A stretch of DNA of 64,000 nucleotides, from positions 352,001 to 416,000 of the forward strand of contig CAVXTM010000018.1 of the NCBI GenBank assembly GCA_963764725.1, in the 5' to 3' direction. Below the pieces are notes generated by a model, which worked only from the letters and a program-made list of their open reading frames with translations, was not told the DNA's origin and did no database searches. Within the stretch, counting starts at the first letter, position 1. Each line of letters starts with the position of its first letter. The DNA is from an uncultured Gammaproteobacteria bacterium. Its GTDB lineage: Bacteria > Pseudomonadota > Gammaproteobacteria > JACCXJ01. Positions 29,940-38,594 of this stretch are shown here, in pieces. The translations under genes and the position numbers were made by a program.

Positions 29940-30020
29940 CGTGACGAGATCGGTCGAGGTGGGTCGCTCGACCTGATCCATCGGTGAAATCCTTCAATTT
30001 CCATAAAGGAGAAAGACATC

Positions 30021-30440
30021 ATGAAAGCGAATGTTGAGAAACGCATCGGCCTGGCCGTGCTTGGCGTGTTCGTGGGCTTATACGGCCTTCCTGTCTACGC
30101 AGGTGCTGTATACAAACCTGGCGTCTATATGTACGACAAAATAGTCAACGGCGCTGGTGTGTACTATGCCCAGGGCTCGATGGTAGGGGCGCGTGACAGT
30201 GCCGATAGCCAGCAGTATATCGGTTGTTATAGTTTCAGGCTGGCAACCGGCGGTCCGGGAGTCAAGTGTGTGGCGCAGGATTACTCAGGCAGGTACTTGT
30301 TTTGTACCGGCTACGACTCGAAATGGGCGGAACCAGTCAAAGCGATGACTAGCTCCTCGTTTGTCGAATTCGCGACGGCCAGTACCAACGGGAACTGCCT
30401 AAAGCTCCACGTCGAGAATAACTCCCAGTACCTCAGGTAA
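30021..30440 (+). CDS. Secreted Cys-containing hypothetical protein, paralog 2
   Basis: AAGGAG RBS; signal peptide ending VYA; GSMVGARDSADSQQYIGCY and 4 Cys align with paralog 1. Confidence 0.85.
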   Translation: MKANVEKRIGLAVLGVFVGLYGLPVYAGAVYKPGVYMYDKIVNGAGVYYAQGSMVGARDSADSQQYIGCYSFRLATGGPGVKCVAQDYSGRYLFCTGYDSKWAEPVKAMTSSSFVEFATASTNGNCLKLHVENNSQYLR

Positions 30441-30535
30441 GCGCGGACGATCTAGACAGGGCGGGGGGTGTCTGCCAAGGCCCGCCGCCCATGGCAAGAC
30501 CCGTCATCCATCCAATTTGCGAGAGGTGATGAATC

Positions 30536-31120
30536 ATGAATAAACCAAACAAGGCTTTGGCGCTTGCGATCCTCGCGGCGACCATCGGCCTCCTCTACGC
30601 GGGAGCGGCGGCGTGGATGAGCCCCGAGCCTCCCCTCCCCCAACCGCAAAGGAGTGCCGGCTCCCGAGACGAGGAGCGCCTGGAGAAACTCGAGCAAGCC
30701 GTCGCGGCGTTGACACAGGCGCTGCACGACCGGCAAGGGAAAGACGCCGCTCCGAAGTCAAGGAGTGTTGCGGCGCCGGCGATCGAGCCGGAATCACGCG
30801 AGGCGCTCGCCCAGATGATCCGCGAAGAGGTAGGCCAAACCGTAGCGGAAGAAAGCCCCGAGGCCCAGCGCGCCCGGGAGGAAGCCATCGCCGAGGCCGA
30901 GCTCCTGGCCTCGCCCGAGAATCAGGAGGCGTATCAGAGCGCTTCGGCCGTGGTGACCCGCGCGGTAGCGGACAAGCGCTGGACCCAGGAGGACAGGGAG
31001 ATGTTCCGTGCCGCGTTCGGTCACTTGACCAGGGATCAACTCATGGAGCTGACCAGCATCCTCGCTCCGGCGGTCAATAACGGCGAGGTCAAGGTCGAGG
31101 TCATCGGACCACTGTTCTGA
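30536..31120 (+). CDS. Membrane-anchored or periplasmic helical hypothetical protein
   Basis: GAGGT RBS, N-terminal hydrophobic helix and coiled-coil segments. Confidence 0.75.
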   Translation: MNKPNKALALAILAATIGLLYAGAAAWMSPEPPLPQPQRSAGSRDEERLEKLEQAVAALTQALHDRQGKDAAPKSRSVAAPAIEPESREALAQMIREEVGQTVAEESPEAQRAREEAIAEAELLASPENQEAYQSASAVVTRAVADKRWTQEDREMFRAAFGHLTRDQLMELTSILAPAVNNGEVKVEVIGPLF

Positions 31121-31307
31121 AGCCGCGCAGTCTATATCAACCAAACCACAGAAAACAGAGGAGTCGGTCGTTGTATATGTCAATTTTGTCGGCCGGGTTA
31201 TAGGCGGGTGAAGGGCAGGAGACCTCTGGGATAATAGGAAGTCTGTCATCAAACAAGCAACTCTGTTTGCGGTGCGCGCGGACCCAGGCTCGTGGCCGTA
31301 ACCACCA

Positions 31308-33881
31308 TTACGTTTGCGAGTCCGAACCGAATTTCTTGCCGAGGTTCAAGGCGCTGGCGATGGCCTCGGCCAAATCGCCGGACTGTAGCGGCTTTTTAAG
31401 CAGAGCATGGACCGCCGCGCGCCGCGCCTTGTGGGCAAGCTCCGGCCCACCGAAGCCGCTCATGAGCAAGACCGGGATATCCGGGCGGATCTCCCGCAGG
31501 CGCGTGGCAAGCTCGGTACCACTCATGCGCGGCATGAGCTGGTCGGTTACAACGAGATCAAAACGCGCCGGCCGCGCTTGGAATGCCTTGAGGGCCGCCT
31601 GACTGTCTTGGAACCCGATAGGTTCGTAGCCGAGAGCCGCGATCATCTCCTCGCCGAGGAGTACGAGCGCCTCGTCGTCGTCGACGAGGAGGACGGTCTC
31701 TCCGCGACCCTTGGGAATCGGCATGCGCTCGATAGCGCTCGCGGAGGCGGTCTCTCCGGATCGAGGGAGGTAGACCGTGAAGCTGCTCCCCTGACCCGGT
31801 GTGCTCGCAACCTCGATGGCACCCCCGTGGTCGCTCACGATGCTGTGCGCCAGGGACAGGCCGAGCCCGGTTCCCTGGCCGAGGTCCTTGGTGGTGAAGA
31901 AGGCATCGAAGACCCGATCGAGCGTGGCCTCCTCAATCCCGTGTCCGGTGTCCGTTACTTTGAGGCGCACATAGGCCCCCGGCTCCAGCGTGTGATGTCT
32001 CTGCATCGTCCGCTCGCTTAGCTCGATCACGTCGAGGGCAATCTCGAGCAGCCCGCCTTCGTCCAACATCGACTGTACGGCGTTGGTGCAGACATTCATC
32101 ACAAGCTGATGCAGGCGAATCACATCGCCCTGCACCGTCGCATCCTCCGCGTTCACCTGCAGCCTTAGCGCGATCGTCTCGGGCAGCGAGGCCTTGATAA
32201 GCTCCGCGACCTCGCCGAGTAGCGGCCCGAGCCGCACCGGCACATGTTCACGGCTTCCCGGCTGCGTGAAGGCCAGGATTTGATCGACCAGGTCTTTCGC
32301 CCGATTCGCCGCCGCCATCACGTTACCCAAATAGCGCTGGAGGTTGCTGCCTGCGGGCACGGCGTCGAGCGCCATCTCCGCATACCCCAGGATGGCACCG
32401 AGTATATTGTTGAAATCATGGGCGATCCCGCCTGCGAGCGTCCCGATGGCCTCGAGCTTCTGGGCCTGACGGAGCTGTGCCTCAAGCCGCGCTTTTTCCG
32501 ACTCGGCGCGCTCGCGCTCGGCAAGTTCCTCTTGCAACCGGGCGTGGGCGGCCCGCAGCTCGCCCGTGCGCTGCTCGACCCGTAGCTCGAGCTCCGCGTG
32601 GGTTTCGGCGAGGGCCCGTTCCGCCGCTTCCCGGCGCGCGATATCGGCCTGCAGCGCCTGCGTGCGCTCCGTCACCTGGGCCTCCAGCTCCGCGGTGTGG
32701 GCCCGGATCCGCCCCATCATGTCGTTGAAGGCCCGCGCTAGCTCGCCGGCCTCGTCGTGGGAACGCACGGCCACCTCAACCCCTCGTTCACCCGCCGAAA
32801 AGCGAGATACGGCCTCGGTCAGCGTCCGGAACGGCGAGGTGAGCCGGCCCGCCGTCACGACCCCGAAGAGCGAGACGAGAAGGGCGATCGCAATGGCCAG
32901 GATGACCCCCTCGCCAAGCAAGCGATCGATGGGCACGAGGAGAACCGATTGGGGCTCGGCGACTACCACCAGCCAAGGCCTATAGCGCAGTCGCGCGGTA
33001 CCGACCGCGTAGGGCTCTGCCTGCGAATCCTGCGATCCCGTCGACAGCGGTGCGGTGAAATAGCCGCCGTTCGATAGCTGTTTAAGCGCGGTCTCCAGGG
33101 CCGGAGGCCCGGTGGCCGCCGCCGGGCCACCGTCGGGCAGCCTCCACTCGGCCTGAAGCCTGCGAATGAGGTCAGTCTCGATCGGCGCCACGGAGGTGAA
33201 GATCAAATCGGGCTGGGCGCTGTCGGCGAGCCGGATGTGGTGCTCATCGAGCAATACCACGCGGGCGCTCGGTGAGGCATGCAGGGCTTGCGTCGTGAGC
33301 TGCTGCACGACCGTGGCGTTGTAGGTAATCCGCAAGACCCCCAGGGGCCGGCCCGCGGGGTCCCACACCAGGCTGGCAAAGTGCAGTGTCAGGGCGTCAC
33401 CGGGCGCATCCGCGAACTGCATCGCCGAGACCGTCGGTACCTTCGTGGCCATGAGCGTCTTGAAGTAGTCGCGCTCTGATTCATCGCGCCCGATCTGTAC
33501 CGTGCGCGTGTCGAGGAGGTTATGACCGGCGAGATCGAGCACGGCGAAGGAGATGAGATTCACGGTGTCCTTGCGGCTCAATCGCAGCAGCGTCTGCCAT
33601 GCGGCTGCCTTGTGAAGCGCGTCACCGGGGGCCGACAGAAAACCTTGAACCGCGGGCAAAAGCGCGTGAACCCGCAAACCATTTAAGTTCTCATTGAGAA
33701 ATCCGTCGATGGCCTGGGCGGTCTGCGTAGCGCTGGCGTAGAGGGCCCGGTGCGCGCCGTCGATCAGCGCTTGGCGCGTCACGCGCTGGTTGAAATACTC
33801 AAGCAGCAAGAGCGGTGCGAGCGAAACCAATAGGAAGGCCGCAATCAGTCGGGGACGCAGCTTGGAAAACGCTCTACGCAT
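31308..33881 (-). CDS. VirA-like hybrid sensor kinase (TM, periplasmic Cache-like domain, TM, HAMP, HisKA, HATPase, REC)
   Basis: H-box LEAIGTLAGGIAHDFNNILGAILGYAE; DAFFTTK..GQGTGLGL; receiver GRGETVLLVDDD...IAALGYEPIGF, which resembles VirA IAALGYEPVGF. Start is 33881 or 33944. Confidence 0.9.
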   Translation of the reverse strand: MRRAFSKLRPRLIAAFLLVSLAPLLLLEYFNQRVTRQALIDGAHRALYASATQTAQAIDGFLNENLNGLRVHALLPAVQGFLSAPGDALHKAAAWQTLLRLSRKDTVNLISFAVLDLAGHNLLDTRTVQIGRDESERDYFKTLMATKVPTVSAMQFADAPGDALTLHFASLVWDPAGRPLGVLRITYNATVVQQLTTQALHASPSARVVLLDEHHIRLADSAQPDLIFTSVAPIETDLIRRLQAEWRLPDGGPAAATGPPALETALKQLSNGGYFTAPLSTGSQDSQAEPYAVGTARLRYRPWLVVVAEPQSVLLVPIDRLLGEGVILAIAIALLVSLFGVVTAGRLTSPFRTLTEAVSRFSAGERGVEVAVRSHDEAGELARAFNDMMGRIRAHTAELEAQVTERTQALQADIARREAAERALAETHAELELRVEQRTGELRAAHARLQEELAERERAESEKARLEAQLRQAQKLEAIGTLAGGIAHDFNNILGAILGYAEMALDAVPAGSNLQRYLGNVMAAANRAKDLVDQILAFTQPGSREHVPVRLGPLLGEVAELIKASLPETIALRLQVNAEDATVQGDVIRLHQLVMNVCTNAVQSMLDEGGLLEIALDVIELSERTMQRHHTLEPGAYVRLKVTDTGHGIEEATLDRVFDAFFTTKDLGQGTGLGLSLAHSIVSDHGGAIEVASTPGQGSSFTVYLPRSGETASASAIERMPIPKGRGETVLLVDDDEALVLLGEEMIAALGYEPIGFQDSQAALKAFQARPARFDLVVTDQLMPRMSGTELATRLREIRPDIPVLLMSGFGGPELAHKARRAAVHALLKKPLQSGDLAEAIASALNLGKKFGSDSQT

Positions 33882-34038
33882 GCACGCCGCTCTCACGACG
33901 GTTTCCCACCCATCGCAAGCGCGCCGAAGAGCCCTACGCGCCACCGGGCCCGACGACCATCGACTCGACCGGCATGCCGTACACGTTTGATTTGAACCCT
34001 AGCCAAAAAAATTTTGAAATATAAGCATTTCGTAAAAC

Positions 34039-34139
34039 GCCCTCTCCCACCGGGAAGGGTTGGGGTGAGGGTACTAGAAGGATGATTACGCATTGTCTTA
34101 TATCCCCTCATCCTAACCTTCTCCCGGAGGAGAAGGGAC
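34039..34139. repeat. REP-like CCCTCTCCC/GGGTGAGGG inverted-repeat pair
   Basis: ccctctcccaccgggaagggttggggtgaggg ... ccctcatcctaaccttctcccggaggagaaggga. Confidence 0.6.
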
Positions 34140-34187
34140 TTCTCATTTTGTCGTAGTGGTTTTGTTCCACATTTGAGACGGAAGAAT

Positions 34188-35198
34188 CTATTCGGTCGGA
34201 AGAAACGTCGGATCGATCAGCGCGTCGAGGTCCGGGAGACGCCCGAGGCTCCCGGTTCGGATGTAGAAATCGATATGGGCGCGGGCGCTCTGATACAGTG
34301 ATGTCGGGTCGTTGCGATCGAAGGCCCGGCGATTGTCCGCGAGGCTCAAGAGCTTGAGCCCGAGCGGTTGCACCTCGCCGAGCGGGATGGCGAGTGCTTG
34401 TGCGATGATCGCGTTGTCCTCTTCGGGGTGTGTCCGCCAGTGCTCGACGGCCCGGAGGATCGCACGCAGAAAGGCGCGGACGTCCTCGGGCCGCTCCCGG
34501 AGCACCGCGCCGCGGAACTGGAGCGTATCGATGATGAGCCCTGGGGTCTCTCGGCTCGTGTACAGGACTCGGCCCCCTGCCTGCACCACCCGAGAGACAT
34601 ACGGCTCCCAGGCTTGCCCCGCATCGATCACCCCGGCGCGCAACTGGTCGGGGACATGGTTGGAATCGGTGTTGATGAGCGTGACCTCGGCGCGCGTCAG
34701 CCCCCCGGCCTCTAGCATGCGCTCGACGAAGAGCTCGCCAAAACCGCCCAAGGCGGCCCCGATCACCTTGCCGCGCAGTTCCGCGATGCCCGTGATCGCG
34801 GGCTTCGCGACCACCGCATCGCCGCCTGCGGATTCGTCGATCGCGTAGACCACCCGAATGTCGGGGTGATGACCGCTGGCGACGATGAGGCTGCCGATGG
34901 GCAGCGCGATGCCGTCGTACTTGCCGGCGATGAAATCGGCGATCTGGGGCTCCGTGTCTTCCGTATAGATCACCTCGACGGCCACGCCCTCCCGGGCGTA
35001 GTACCCCAGCTCCCGGGCCAAGGTGATCGGGAAGTATCCTGGCCAGAGGTTGTGCGCAAAGCGAAGCGCCGGGCGCTCGGGAGCGGGCGCCTCGGGCGCC
35101 GAGCAGGCACCGATAAGAAGAACTGTCAACACCAGCCCATGCCCCGCACCCCACCATGCGGCCCATGGCTTGAGCAAATCGCCGCGAAGCCCGCGCAT
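34188..35198 (-). CDS. Periplasmic substrate-binding lipoprotein (NitT/TauT/SsuA-like) with no transporter partners
   Basis: Lipobox LIGAC; WPGYFP, DESAGGDAVVA, AGQAWEPY, TPGLIID. The start is ambiguous: ATG 35198 is in frame, whereas ATG 35166 would need a 1-nt frameshift. Confidence 0.85.
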   Translation of the reverse strand: MRGLRGDLLKPWAAWWGAGHGLVLTVLLIGACSAPEAPAPERPALRFAHNLWPGYFPITLARELGYYAREGVAVEVIYTEDTEPQIADFIAGKYDGIALPIGSLIVASGHHPDIRVVYAIDESAGGDAVVAKPAITGIAELRGKVIGAALGGFGELFVERMLEAGGLTRAEVTLINTDSNHVPDQLRAGVIDAGQAWEPYVSRVVQAGGRVLYTSRETPGLIIDTLQFRGAVLRERPEDVRAFLRAILRAVEHWRTHPEEDNAIIAQALAIPLGEVQPLGLKLLSLADNRRAFDRNDPTSLYQSARAHIDFYIRTGSLGRLPDLDALIDPTFLPTE

Positions 35199-35202
35199 CA
35201 CC

Positions 35203-35285
35203 GTTACAACTGTAACCGAATCGCTTGCATTTGTAAGCAATTTCCCGCGCTTTGAAATCATCCGGTAAGGCACCCGCGCTAGTTT
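35203..35285 (+). promoter_or_regulatory. vir-box-type promoter, copy 2
   Basis: GTTACAACTGTAAC (35203-216), CTTGCATTTGTAAG at +21, TGAAAT at +42 and TAGTTT at 35280. Confidence 0.8.
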
Positions 35286-35631
35286 ACGCACATCGGGGCA
35301 GGCGAAGGCTCGGAATCCGCACCGCCCTAGTGTAGTGCTTCGTAATAAATGGAACTTGTCGTTGGCCGTACCAAGGTCCTTTTTGCGTATTCCTGTTCCT
35401 CGGAAAGCGTTGCAGCACAAGGATTCCACGCCTGGAATCATAAGTCCTAAAAAGAATGAAGCAGTACACTAGTATACGTAAATCAGGGCAGGCGATGGAT
35501 CGGAATCCTCACCGCCATCTGAAGCAGCGCTAGCAGCGGAGCAAGAGCGCCAGAGAGATGAGATAGGACATCAGCGAAACGTCGTGCCTTGCCATCCCGA
35601 AACGGCGAATCAAACGTCGAGGAGAACGAAC

Positions 35632-36909
35632 ATGTTGAATCATTACGAAGGTATTGAAACTCGCGCCCGCCGGGTTGTGGGGCCCATGCCATTGCCCCGA
35701 GTTGCACGAGGGATCCTCGCTGCGCCTTTCCGCTTAGCAGCGAATGCCACGACTCGTATCTCTAAAGCGCTGGCGCCCTGGGTAGTCATGTGGCGATTCT
35801 TGGAGGGCTTGGACCGTCACTCGCTGGCTTTCTATGGCGACGTTGAAGGCCGAGCAGACCCGAACACGCGGGCGAAGAACGGCCGAATCATGAGCACCGG
35901 CGCCGCGGCGACGGATATGAAAACTAGGAAGTCGATCACGAACATTCTTCCATCACGACAACCGGTAGCGGCCGAGGGCGAGCGACCCACGGTGATCGGC
36001 CTGCACGCCGGTGCCGGCGCTCCGGAGCAATGGCGGCCGCTCGCCGAGCGCCTGCGCTTCCGCAACCGCGTGCTCGCGCCGCACCTCCGCGGCTATGCCG
36101 CGAGCCGCGCATTGGGCACGGGCGAGCCGTTCTCGCTGGATACCGAGACGGCGGCGATCGAGCCTTTGATCGGTGCCTTTCCAGGCCCGGTGTACCTCGT
36201 AGGCCATGACTATGGCGCGGCGGTGGCGCTCAAGCTCGCGCTCGCGCGCCGCGAGCGCATCGGCGGCCTGCTGCTGTACGAGCCGACGCTATTCAGCCTT
36301 TTGTTTTCGGATGCGAAGTCGCGCTACGCCTATATGGACATAGCGCAACTGCGACGCGTGCTAGGACGCTATCTCGATGCGGGCGATAGGCTCCAGGCCG
36401 CGCTGCGCTACGTGGACCATTGCTCGGGCGCAGGCGTGTGGCAAGGCCTTTCAGCCGAGGAGCGGGCAACGATCGCCCATCGCATGCCGGCGCTGTGTGC
36501 GCAGCTCGACGCCCAACTCGCCGATCCGACGCCTGCTTCGGCGTACGCCGGGATCGACGTGCCGGTATTGCTCCTGAGCGGGGCTCGGCCGCGCGCCTGC
36601 ACCCGGCGCATCGCGCAGCTCCTCACGCGCGCGCTCCCCCGCGCGGAGTGGCGCCAGCTCGATGGTGTCGGCCACGGCCCCGGCGCACACCCTGAGGAGG
36701 TCGATCGCGAGATCGAGGACTTTCTCGCGCGGCACCTCTCATCTCGTACCGTGATCCGGAGCCGACAGCGGCCTTCGCGTCGATGGTATCTTGCGCGCCG
36801 CGACGAGCCTGACCGGGCGGACGCCGCATCACGGGAAGAGCCCCGCGCCCTGCCCAGCGCCCCATCGCCAGATCCATGGAACTGTGCGTGGCGCAGGGCA
36901 CGGGGGTAG
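35632..36909 (+). CDS. Alpha/beta-fold hydrolase with N-terminal extension
   Basis: GAGGAG RBS before ATG 35632 (alternative 35890); GLHAGAG, LVGHDYGAAVA, LYEP, GVGH. Confidence 0.8.
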   Translation: MLNHYEGIETRARRVVGPMPLPRVARGILAAPFRLAANATTRISKALAPWVVMWRFLEGLDRHSLAFYGDVEGRADPNTRAKNGRIMSTGAAATDMKTRKSITNILPSRQPVAAEGERPTVIGLHAGAGAPEQWRPLAERLRFRNRVLAPHLRGYAASRALGTGEPFSLDTETAAIEPLIGAFPGPVYLVGHDYGAAVALKLALARRERIGGLLLYEPTLFSLLFSDAKSRYAYMDIAQLRRVLGRYLDAGDRLQAALRYVDHCSGAGVWQGLSAEERATIAHRMPALCAQLDAQLADPTPASAYAGIDVPVLLLSGARPRACTRRIAQLLTRALPRAEWRQLDGVGHGPGAHPEEVDREIEDFLARHLSSRTVIRSRQRPSRRWYLARRDEPDRADAASREEPRALPSAPSPDPWNCAWRRARG

Positions 36910-37042
36910 TTGAAGAGACAAGGGCCGGTCCAGCGGATCCGGAGTCGGAAACGCCTAAATCAAATCGCGATGATCCCGGGCCACCGGTGACGGTCCGCTC
37001 AAGTATAATGCCGGAGTCTTTTTACCGAGGACCGAGATAGCG

Positions 37043-37762
37043 ATGCCTGCTCCACGCATCCTTGGGGTGGATGACGACCCGGCGATCCGGCAGTTGATCG
37101 CGGACTATCTGACGGAGAATGGCTTTCAGGTCAGCACCGCCGCGGATGGCAGGGCGATGCGACAGCGCTTGACCCAAAGTCCCGTGGACCTCGTGGTGCT
37201 CGATATTCGGCTCGGTCAGGAAGACGGCATGGTGCTCGCCCGCGAGCTGCGAGCGGCATCGGCGGTCCCCATCATCATGCTGACCGGCCAGCGCGAAGAG
37301 GCCGACCGCGTGATGGGTCTGGAGCTGGGTGCGGACGATTACCTCACTAAGCCCTTCAGCCCGCGGGAGCTACTCGCTCGCATCCGGGCCGTGTTGCGCC
37401 GGACCCGGGCGCGCGAGCTATCCCCGCCTAAACGCAACAAGTGGACCCTCTATCGATTCGCCGGCTGGGAGCTCGACATGCGCACCCGCTGTCTGCGCTC
37501 GCCACGGGGCGCGCCCGTCGCCTTGAGCCGAGGAGAGCTGAGCCTGCTTGCGGCCTTCCTGAGCGCCCCCCAGCGCGTGCTGTCGCGCGATGAGCTATTG
37601 GATCTCAGCCGCGTGCACGACAACGAGGTCTTTGACCGCAGCCTCGATGTGCAGATCCTGCGCTTGCGCCGAAAGATAGAAGCCAACCCGGGCGAACCGG
37701 AGCTTATCAAGACCGAACGTGGCGTGGGGTATGTGTTCGCCGCGAAGGTGGACGTGTTATGA
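37043..37762 (+). CDS. VirG-like OmpR-family response regulator
   Basis: VVLDIRLGQEDG, FAGWELD, LSRDELLDLSRVHDNEVFDRSLDVQILRLRRKIE...LIKTERGVGY parallel VirG (EVYDRSIDVLILRLRRKLE). Confidence 0.9.
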   Translation: MPAPRILGVDDDPAIRQLIADYLTENGFQVSTAADGRAMRQRLTQSPVDLVVLDIRLGQEDGMVLARELRAASAVPIIMLTGQREEADRVMGLELGADDYLTKPFSPRELLARIRAVLRRTRARELSPPKRNKWTLYRFAGWELDMRTRCLRSPRGAPVALSRGELSLLAAFLSAPQRVLSRDELLDLSRVHDNEVFDRSLDVQILRLRRKIEANPGEPELIKTERGVGYVFAAKVDVL

Positions 37763-37879
37763 GGCGCGGCTGGCGGCGGATCCTGAGCTTCCGAATCACC
37801 GTCTTGATCGCGTCCTGTGACAGCGGCGTCCGCACGGGGACACTTGCGACGCTGCGATTCGGCTACGACTACTTGCCCG

Positions 37880-37985
37880 GCTACTACCCAGCGGCAACCT
37901 GACGTGCTTATCCTTATCGAGGCTGGGATCGGCCACCTCGATGATCATCAACACGTCCTCAGGGTAGGGATGCGCGTCTACATTA
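37880..37985 (-). pseudogene. Fragment of a Uma2-family endonuclease gene
   Basis: HPYPEDVLMIIEVADPSLDKDKHVRLPL resembles Uma2 'P.DVLLLIEVADSSL.YDR..KLPLY'. Confidence 0.6.
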
Positions 37986-38127
37986 GCGGCACGGCTTGAC
38001 CAGGGCGAGATCGGGCTCGGGGAGAATAAGAATTTCAAAAGCCCTTTTTCTACAAAAGGGAAGATACGACCGACTCTATTTTTACGACGCTAGGGTAAAC
38101 GTCGCCACCGCGGGTTGGTTCGTTATT

Positions 38128-38210
38128 GTTACAACGGTAACCGAATCGGTTACATCTGTAAGCAAATTCTCCTTTTTTGAAATCCTCCAGTAAGGTTGCC
38201 CCTCTATCTT
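38128..38210 (+). promoter_or_regulatory. vir-box-type promoter, copy 3
   Basis: GTTACAACGGTAAC (38128-141), GTTACATCTGTAAG at +21, TGAAAT at +42 and TATCTT at 38205. Confidence 0.8.
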
Positions 38211-38336
38211 AAGACCCTAAATCGACAAGCACGCCTGCCTCGATTGCAGGGACGAGGCCAAGGATCTGTGGCGTTTCATCGCCGCAGCAAGTGCTGTGCA
38301 TGTAGATAGTTAACCACTCTTAAGAGGAGAGCAACG

Positions 38337-38594
38337 ATGAGCAGTGAACGTAACATCGATGAAACGGAATCGTCGGCCGTGTATCGAGGTGAGTCCCGCT
38401 TGCAGGCGCTGAGCGAGCCCTATAACGAATCTCTAGAAGAGTGGTGGCATCGCGAATGCCATCTTTCCGCCGAAAACCGGGATCCCGTACCGACGCGTAA
38501 TTCCGCAACGCCAGCGCTTAAGCGCTTGCTATCTGCACTAGTAAGGTTAGGTATCGCATACCGAAAATCAACCGTTGAGGTCCAGCTAAGATGA
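38337..38594 (+). CDS. Small hypothetical protein
   Basis: AGAGGAG RBS; stop overlaps the next ATG (ATGA); no recognisable domain. Confidence 0.45.
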   Translation: MSSERNIDETESSAVYRGESRLQALSEPYNESLEEWWHRECHLSAENRDPVPTRNSATPALKRLLSALVRLGIAYRKSTVEVQLR

